NCBI GenBank assembly: GCA_963781615.1
Contig: CAWAGI010000007.1
Location: 318,748-382,747 of the forward strand
Reading direction: 5' to 3'
DNA from: an uncultured Actinomycetes bacterium
GTDB taxonomy: Bacteria > Actinomycetota > Acidimicrobiia > IMCC26256 > JACDBD01
DNA: 64,000 nt
Shown here: in pieces, positions 57,424 through 64,000 of the stretch
Numbering within the stretch: the first letter of the stretch is position 1
How the letters are laid out: every line of letters begins with the position of its first letter
Made by a program: the position numbers and the translations under genes
The notes under the pieces: generated by a model
The model's input: the letters and a program-made list of their open reading frames with translations, nothing else
The model's database searches: none
What the model was told of the DNA's origin: nothing

Positions 57424-58328
57424 ATGCGCCGCACTTACATTGCTCCGATCTCCTTCGGCCTCGGCGATCTGGTCGTCTCGCTGCCGGCGATCCAGGCGTT
57501 GGTCGCGGAGAACCAGCCCGGGGAGACGTGGCTGGTGGCGCGCGCGCCGGGTCAGGCTGAGCTGGTCGGATCGCATCGCCCGGCTCGGCGGCTGCGTGCA
57601 CGAGGACGACTTCGACCCCGACCGCGCCGATGGTCGCGTCCTCGATCTGCGCGATCATCCGCTCCAGCGCGACTACTGGTGGGGGTCGCCCGAGTTCGAC
57701 CGCGCGGTCGGGCCGCTCATGATCAACGAGATCCTGGGCCGCATCTGCGCAGACTTCGGGATCGACGCCGACTTCTCGCAGCCGGAGCCTTTGCTCACAC
57801 GGCGCGCACGACCAGAGGTTCGTGACGCCGTCCTCTTCGTGACCGAGAGCGACGGCACGAAACGCTGGCCCCCGGAACGGTGGGCCGAACTGGCGAAGGG
57901 GATCCGAGGCGGCGGCAACGACGTGGGCATGGTCACCCGTGACGAGCCCGATGCCGAGATGTTCGGCACCGGGATCGACGCCGTCCGGGCTCCGACCCCG
58001 GGCGACACCGTCGACCTGCTCACGTCGTGTCTGCGCCGTGGTCGGCATCGACACCGGCTTGACCCACATCGCCGCCCAGCAGGGAACGCCGACCGTCGGG
58101 ATCTCTCGCGACCGGCCCGTCTACTTCCGGCCGTGGCCCCACTGCCGGGCGGTCGTCGGCGATCGCTGCGACGAGACGTGTCAGTCGATCGAACGGGCCT
58201 ACGCGTACAACGCCCGGGTGCGCTCGCCTGCGTCGGCGTGGGAGGAGCGGACCTGCCCGGTCGGAGCACGGTGCCTCGAGAAGATCCGTCCGACCGACGT
58301 GATCGACGCGCTCGGAGAGCTGCTGTGA
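57424..58328 (+). pseudogene. GT9 (heptosyltransferase-like) glycosyltransferase, split by two apparent +1 frameshifts (near 57568 and 58030)
   Basis: Three successive frames give MRRTYIAPISFGLGDLVVSLPAIQAL..., then DRIARLGGCVHEDDF...VLFVTESDGTKRWPPERWAELAK..., then AVVGIDTGLTHIAAQQGTPTVGI (GT9 C-terminal signature). Starts 21 nt after queC. Confidence 0.65.
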
Positions 58329-59379
58329 CCGAGCTGGACTCGTATCCCGAGAGCCGGGTGCGGAACTCGCAACCCGCCGGGATCGGGAGAGTCGCCGACC
58401 TCGGCGACGTCTGCGCGTGGAACAACCTCGGTCGAAACGTCGTGTTCGCCTCACGCACGTTCGAGCCGTGCGCGGTCTTCGACCAGACGGAGTTCCCCGA
58501 CGACGACGAGCCGTCTCAATACGACCTCGACGTGCATGCGATCCTCGACGTCCCGTCCGCCGGGATCGTCGTGGTGCTGAACCACCTCGGACTGCTGCGT
58601 GCGTTCCGACGTTCGGAGATCCGGGCCCCGGGCCCCGTCAGCCGTCTCGAGCCCGTGTGGACCCGCACCTTCGCGGACGACATGGAGCGCGTCGTGGCCG
58701 TCGGGGACCGCCTCATCGGTTCGCGACCGCGGGAACAGCAGGTGGGAGGCGTCCTCGTGTCCGAGCCCGTCACCGCGACCGCCGCCGGGCCGCGGCTGGA
58801 CGCGCGCGTCGCGCTGGAGACGTGGGGCATGGTCACGGCGCTCGGAGCCGTCCACACCGGCGGACAGGACTGCGTCGCCGTCGGCGGCAACGGCCGCGTC
58901 GGCCTCGCCCCGATCGACGGCGGCGCGGTCGGCGGAATGCGCTGGGAGGTCGGCGTCGACTTCGAGCCGGCTGCGATTCGTGTGGGACGACGAGCACCTC
59001 TGGGTCGCGGGCCCCGAGCTCGAGCGCCGCCGGGATCGACGACTACGACTGGGAGAAGCTGCGAGGCGGCGGGTTCGCCGCCTTGGACGTCACCGACGGG
59101 CGCACCGTCGTCCGGCGCCGCTTCGCGCACGACCTCGCGTGGGGGAACGGGGGCACCGCGGTGGTCATCGCCGCCGGGCTGGTCTGCGGGATCGGCCGGG
59201 CCGGCGAGCTCGACGTCTACGGCACTGCGGACGGCGAACCCCGGGCCCGCACCGACACCTTCGCCGCCGATTCGCTCGGCATCGCGCACGCCGCGCTCGT
59301 GGGCGACAGCATCCTCTACGGCTTCAACCGCGGCGGATACCGGCTCCACACCGTCGCCCTCTCGGCGATCGGCGCGTGA
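58325..59379 (+). pseudogene. Hypothetical beta-rich repeat protein (possible beta-propeller), split by two apparent +1 frameshifts (near 58975 and 59027)
   Basis: The GTG overlaps the GT9 stop (GTGA at 58325-58328). Three frames join as ...MRWEVGVDFEPAA / FVWDDEHLWVAGPELER / AAGIDDYDWEKLRGGGFAALDVTDGR...ILYGFNRGGYRLHTV. No family recognised. Confidence 0.5.
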
Positions 59380-59385
59380 GTCGCG

Positions 59386-59941
59386 CTACTGCCCGTACAG
59401 CTTCAGGCTCTGATACGGCACGAAGCGCCGCGTCCCGCCGCGCACATCCTCGATGAGCCTGTCGATGGCTTCCTGGAGGTCTGCCAGCTGGCGGTGCAAG
59501 ACCGGGAGACGGGCGGCATAGGCATCGGTGTCCGGTGCTTCACCGCCCGCTGCCCGTTCGGTGTGATGGATCCGGATCACGAGCACGGAGAGACGGTCGA
59601 ACGCCATCGCCGGGCTCTCCGTGACGAGTGGGGCCGAGGCGGTCTGCGCGACTTCTCGGTCGATGGCGGCGTCGATCGCCTCGACGAGGTGGTGTCTCCC
59701 CGCGTTGAGCCGGTCGATCGCGCGTTTCGTGTCTGCGACGGTGGCGTCGTCCACCCCGGGCCCGCGCCCCTTGTCTTCCAGGTCCCACTGGTCGAGGTTG
59801 CTGCGTGAGCAGGTCGAGGAGGAGCCCGTCGAGGGGGCGAGCCGACCGGTGCGTCGGGTCGCCGAGCGCACGCCGGAACTCCGCCACGATGTGGTCGCTC
59901 GTCGGGAGATGATCGCCCGTTGACGCGGCTTCCCGGCTCAC
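59386..59941 (-). CDS. DUF4254 domain protein (one apparent frameshift near 59805)
   Basis: SNLDQWDLEDKGRG...VADTKRAIDRLNAGRHHLVEAID and AFDRLSVLVIRIHH...YQSLKLY match my recollection of the DUF4254 pattern. The N-terminal 45 aa lie in the frame of ORF 59540..59941. The GTG overlaps the upstream stop. Confidence 0.6.
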
Positions 59942-60866
59942 GATCGCTCTTGGAGGTAGCGCAGGACCGACCGCGCCGCCCGCGAGCCCTGCCCGAGCGC
60001 GGCCGCGACCCGTGCGTAGGCGCCGGAGACGACGTCACCCACGGCGAAGACCCCGGGCCGGGACGTGCGCAACTCCTGGTCGACCACGATCGCTCCCGAT
60101 CGGTCCAGGTCGAGCTGGCCCGTGAACAGCGCCGTGTTCGGCGCGCGCGCGATCTTGACGACCAACCCCTGCACCGGGATCTCTTGCCGTTCGCCGCTCG
60201 ACGGTCGCACGAGGACGATGCTCTCGAGCCGCTCCGCGCCCTCCGCGGCTTCGAGCTCCCACCCGGGAAGGTCCTCGATCCGTGGCTGGTCACGAAGCTG
60301 GCGACGGATGTCCCGACGCGCGCTGAGTCTCGGGGAACGGTGGATCAGCTTCACGGTCGAGCCCTGGCGAGCGAGCTCGAGCGCGTCCAGCGTCCCGCTG
60401 TCACCGCCGCCGATGACGGCGACGTCACGCCCGGCGAAGTGCGCCAGCACCGGCTCGAGCTGGTACGTGATGTCACCGCCGAATGCTCCGTCGGGGGCGG
60501 CGTCGAGGAACTGCTTGTGCGTGCCGGTGGCGATGACCAGGGCCCCGCCGGACAATCGCACGCCGTCGACGTCGATCGCACGAGCCTCCAGGTCGACGTT
60601 GCTGACACGGGTGTCGAGAGCCGGACCCGGTCGCCGAGGATCTCGGCCGACTCCAACAGCGCTCGTTGCAGCGAGTCGCCGTCGTCGAAGCGCCCGGCGG
60701 CGACGTTGCGGACCGAATGGAGGATCTCCGGCAGCTGACCGCCCAAGGTGGCGCTCGCCTCGACCAGGATCGTGTCGAGTTGGATGTCGAAGCACTCCAG
60801 CGCGCAGTTCACCCCGGCCACGCCGCCACCCACGACGACGACGTCGTGCTGCTCCTCGCTCGTCAT
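59938..60866 (-). CDS. Thioredoxin-reductase-like FAD/NAD(P)-dependent oxidoreductase (one apparent frameshift near 60620)
   Basis: HDVVVVGGGVAGVNCA (FAD GxGxxG), then in ORF 59938..60795 VAVIGGGDSGTLDALEL (NADPH GxGxxG) and GVFAVGDV. No CxxC redox motif noticed. Confidence 0.75.
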
Positions 60867-60882
60867 CCGGGCAAGCGTACGG

Positions 60883-61653
60883 TCACCCGCGCCGGATCGC
60901 GTCGAATGGCGGCCCGAGGTACAGGATCAGGCGGTCGACCCCCAGCGCGGCGAGCTCGGCGCGCGCCGGCGAGTCGGCGTCGAGCCATGGCTCGTCGAAC
61001 GCCGCGTACACGGTGACGAGAAAGCGGGTGGCATCGCGGCCGGCGCCCGCGCACGCGTCGCGGGCCGTCCCGACCAGCTCACGCAGTCGCGGATGCGCCG
61101 GCTCGAGACATTGATCCCGTCGCCGACGCGCCCGGCGAGCTCGGCCATCTTCGGACCGAAGGCGGCGATCACGACGGGTGGCGCAGGGTCCGGTCTGCAG
61201 GAACCCCGGCGCACTCCAGAGGCGCCGCATCTCCTCCACGCACGCCTCCACCTGCGCCCGGCGCACGGGATCGGCCGGGACGGTGCGCCTGATCGCCGTT
61301 TGCTCTCTCTGGAACGACACGCCGGCGCCACCACCCGCGCCGAGACCCAGCAGGAGACGCCGCCCGAGACGTCCTGCAGGGTTGCGGCCATCGTCGCGAG
61401 CAGAGCCGGATCACGGTTGGCGACGTTCAACACGAGCGGGCCGACCTTGACGTCGGGAGTCGAGACGGCGATCGCGGTCAACGTGGTCCAGCACTCGAGC
61501 ACCCGAGTCGCGCCGAACACGCGCCCGTCGAGATGATCCGGCGTCCAGATGCCCGCGAACCCGGCGTCGACCGCAGCGCCGACCGCCTCGCGCACCTGCG
61601 CCCACGGTGCGTCGAACGGGTCGACGTCGGAGGTCGACGTCCAACGCGCTCAA
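60883..61653 (-). pseudogene. Luciferase-like monooxygenase / F420-dependent oxidoreductase (LLM class), alternating between two frames (four apparent shifts)
   Basis: Segments read as follows. (TTG 61653) SALDVDL in frame B. AVDAGFAGIWTPDHL...VLNVANRDPALLATMAATLQDVSGG in frame A. RLLLGLGAGGGAGVSFQREQ...MRRLWS in frame B. PPVVIAAFGPKMAELAGRVGDGINVS in frame A. HPRLRELVG...VDRLILYLGPP in frame B. Confidence 0.7.
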
Positions 61654-62151
61654 CTCTCGGGGATCGGGTGCCCGGGTTCGATGTCGCCGAGGTCGTGCAT
61701 GCCGAGCTGTCGCGTGCCGGATCGCTCGCAGCGGCCGCCGTGTGGGATCGAGCACGAACGCGACGTGGTCGCCGGTGTCGACGCGCTCGACGACCGAACC
61801 GGCGAACCAGTCGCACCGGGCGAGCACGGGACAGCCGTCGGGACCCGGACGCCATTCGACGCTCTCGAGCTTGTCGACCTCGTCGCCGGTTTCGCCCCCG
61901 AAGTGGCGCGCCAGGTCCCGATCACCCTGGCGGAGCAGGTGGACGACGAGGGTCGCGGCCGACAGGGCGATGCGGTACGTCCGGTTCTCCTTCGACAGCC
62001 AGACGCCGAAACGCGGGGGATCGATGCTGCACTGCGACGCAAAACCGACCAGGCAGCCGTCGCGCTCGTCTCCCGCTGCCGTGGTCACGACGTATGCCGG
62101 ACTGTCCAGATCGGCGACGATCGCCCCGAACGCTTGCGACTCCGCGCTCAT
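61650..62151 (-). CDS. Flavin reductase family protein (one apparent frameshift at the CCC/GGG run near 61745)
   Basis: PAYVVTTAAGDERDGCLVGFASQCSIDPPRF...GDHVAFVLDP, then HGG...LGDIEPGHPIPES-stop in ORF 61650..62042. The stop overlaps the LLM TTG (TTGA). Confidence 0.75.
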
Positions 62152-62157
62152 CTTCGT

Positions 62158-63489
62158 CTACCGCGATGCGGGGAGGCTGATCTTCGCGGTCGTCCCACCG
62201 CCGGGGGTGGGCTCGAGATCGACGGCTCCGCCGTGGTCGTCGATGACCTGGCGGACGATCGCGAGGCCGAGGCCCGACCCGGGTGACGACCGCGCTGCGG
62301 GTGACCGGTAGAAGCGGTCGAAGACGTGGGGCAGGTCGGTGCCGTCGATGCCCGGACCATGGTCACGCACGGTCACGGTGCCGTTGGCCAGTCGCACCTC
62401 GACACGGCCGCCGTCGGGGCTCCACTTGCAGGCGTTGTCGAGCACGTTGACCAGCGCGCGCTCCAGCGCCTGCGGGTTCCCGCGAACGCGCGTTGGCTCG
62501 AGCTCGAGGATGTCGATCGAGACCTGAGGCGCGCGAGCGCGGACGCGCTCGACGGCCGACGTGACGATCGCATCGGCGTCGAGCTCGACGATCGCCTCGT
62601 GCGGCGCGGTGGCGTCGTGGGAGAGCTCGATGAGATCGTCCATCAGCGTCGTGACTTCCTCGGTCTGGGCGGTCATGTCGGCGACGATCTGGTTTCGCTC
62701 CGCCTCGCTCATCGCCGGGTTGTGGGTGAGCAGCTCGGCGTTCGTGCGCAAGCTCGTCAGCGGGGTACGCAGCTCGTGACTTGCGTCGGTGACCAGCCGC
62801 CGCTGTTGCTTCCGGGACGCGTCGAGGGCCGCCAGCATCCTGTTGATGCTCGCCGCCAACCGGCCGAGCTCGTCCTTTCGTCGAACGTCGATCGCGGCGC
62901 TGAGGTCCTCGGTGCTCGCCACCCGCTCGGCTGCCACCGTCAGGCGCGCGACCGGCCGAAGGATCGCGCGACCGAGCACGAGCCCGAGTCCGGCGCTGAC
63001 GAGGACGCCCAACCCGCCGACGATCAGCAACGCGGTGCGGAGCTGGTCCATCGTCGACTCGAGGTCGCCGAGTGAACGAGCGAGCTGCACCGATCGGCCA
63101 CCGCGACCGGGCGCGGTCGCCACGCGGAGGTGCTGTCCGTCGACCGTCGCGTCGGCCATGACGGTTTCGTGGTCTGTTCGAGCCGCGACGAGCTGCGTCT
63201 CCCGCGGGACCGGGAGGTGCACCTGTTGTCCTTCAGGTTCCTGGACGCGCCCGTCCTTCTGTACGACCTGGGCGTAGAACGTCGGGCCGGGGTTGGGGAT
63301 GCGAAAGAACGGAAGCGCCGCCTCCGGCACGGGAAGGGCGGCGAGGCTCGTTGCCGTCCCTCGAAGCGAGTCGTCGAGATCCCCGCGAAGGCGGCTGTCG
63401 ACGAGGAAGTACGCGATCACCGCCGCGACCACAACCGTGACCCCGACGGCCATGGCGGTCAGCATCGTGAGGCGTGTGCGCAGGCTCAT
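62158..63489 (-). CDS. Sensor histidine kinase (HAMP-HisKA-HATPase; MprB-like)
   Basis: Two TM segments flank a periplasmic loop. H-box [19 protein letters not shown]-box [11 protein letters not shown]-boxes RDHGPGI and GSGLGLAIV. Intact 443 aa. Confidence 0.9.
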   Translation of the reverse strand: MSLRTRLTMLTAMAVGVTVVVAAVIAYFLVDSRLRGDLDDSLRGTATSLAALPVPEAALPFFRIPNPGPTFYAQVVQKDGRVQEPEGQQVHLPVPRETQLVAARTDHETVMADATVDGQHLRVATAPGRGGRSVQLARSLGDLESTMDQLRTALLIVGGLGVLVSAGLGLVLGRAILRPVARLTVAAERVASTEDLSAAIDVRRKDELGRLAASINRMLAALDASRKQQRRLVTDASHELRTPLTSLRTNAELLTHNPAMSEAERNQIVADMTAQTEEVTTLMDDLIELSHDATAPHEAIVELDADAIVTSAVERVRARAPQVSIDILELEPTRVRGNPQALERALVNVLDNACKWSPDGGRVEVRLANGTVTVRDHGPGIDGTDLPHVFDRFYRSPAARSSPGSGLGLAIVRQVIDDHGGAVDLEPTPGGGTTAKISLPASR

Positions 63490-64000
63490 GGTTCACGCAG
63501 GACGTAGCCGATACCGCGCGCCGTGTGCACCAGGCGCGGCTCGCCGTTGGCTTCGAGCTTCTTCCGCACGTAGCCGATGTACACGTCGAGCGAGTTCGTG
63601 CTCGAGGAGAATTCGTAGCCCCAGACCTGCTCGAGAATGACGTCCCGTGCGAGCACCCGCCGCGGGTGACGCAGCAGGAGCTCCATCAGGAGGAACTCGG
63701 TCGGGGTCAGGCTGATGAGCCGATCGCCGCGCCGTAGCTCGCGGGCGTCGACGTCCAGGCTCAGATCGGCGAATCGCAGGACGTCGTTGGTCGGCGTGCT
63801 CCTCCGAAGGAGCGCGCGGACCCGCGCGAGGAGCTCTTGCAGTGCGAACGGCTTCGCCAGATAGTCGTCGGCGCCGGCGTCGAGACCCGTCACCCGGTCG
63901 TCCACCCGGCCGAGCGCGGTGAGCATCAGGACGGGGGTGGAATTCCCCGCCGCCCGCAGGCGGCGGCAGACCTCGAAGCCGTCGAGGTTCGGCATCAGCA
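63486..64000 (-). CDS. OmpR/PhoB-family response regulator (MprA-like); N-terminus beyond the right edge
   Basis: Receiver-domain end ([14 protein letters not shown]...LMLTALG...DDYLAKPF) and winged helix ([14 protein letters not shown]...[10 protein letters not shown]...[11 protein letters not shown]). The stop overlaps the kinase ATG (ATGA). Confidence 0.9.
   Translation of the reverse strand, partial: LMPNLDGFEVCRRLRAAGNSTPVLMLTALGRVDDRVTGLDAGADDYLAKPFALQELLARVRALLRRSTPTNDVLRFADLSLDVDARELRRGDRLISLTPTEFLLMELLLRHPRRVLARDVILEQVWGYEFSSSTNSLDVYIGYVRKKLEANGEPRLVHTARGIGYVLREP

Noticed and set aside
1-64000. Looked for rRNA, tRNA, CRISPR arrays, transposases/integrases, and long direct or inverted repeats typical of IS elements or prophage ends.
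   Set aside because: No cloverleaf-like or rRNA-like stretches, no regularly spaced repeats, and no DDE/tyrosine-recombinase-like translations in any frame. The only repeats seen are the short tandem repeats at 41193-41264 and 51061-51150. A by-eye search cannot exclude small ncRNAs.

Overview
This is a very GC-rich chromosomal segment, with third codon positions almost uniformly G/C. Its gene content fits a free-living Actinomycetota genome: an MMPL transporter, a Tat-signal Dyp peroxidase, a luciferase-like (F420-type) oxidoreductase, an Rpf-type transglycosylase, a coiled-coil NlpC/P60 hydrolase and an MprAB-like two-component system. I can support about 70 protein-coding genes. I found no rRNA, tRNA, CRISPR array, transposase or integrase.

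Genes are tightly packed, and many operon junctions are 4-nt start/stop overlaps (GTGA/ATGA/TTGA). Recognisable modules:
- TetR plus an MFS exporter, and a MarR-ABC-2 exporter operon.
- A P450 / alpha-beta hydrolase / polytopic membrane protein operon.
- A large adenylate-cyclase-ATPase-TPR regulator, plus two stand-alone cNMP-binding proteins elsewhere in the window.
- A pair of inverted STAS (anti-sigma antagonist-like) paralogs bracketing a methyltransferase, an M23 peptidase and an unknown gene.
- A GT4 / DUF2334 / GT4 / GNAT-like glycan operon.
- cspA with a long leader.
- A queD / queC-like / GT9-like / unknown operon, convergent on a response regulator / histidine kinase / flavin reductase / LLM / TrxR-like / DUF4254 operon.

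The dominant technical feature is about 30 apparent frameshifts, mostly of the single-base-insertion type and clustered in some genes. As assembled, many genes are split across frames. I cannot tell sequencing error from pseudogenisation without reads.

The most interesting biological candidates are:
1. The translationally coupled queD / queC-like / GT9-like / beta-rich unknown operon, which lacks the rest of the queuosine pathway.
2. An 11-bp-phased GTTCAC direct repeat (PHO-box-like) conserved upstream of both STAS paralogs and in the divergent promoter region of the glycan operon.
3. A bactofilin-like, polytopic membrane protein with a long K/R/T/S repeat tail.

All functional calls come from motif recognition by eye in the supplied translations. 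No database search was run.
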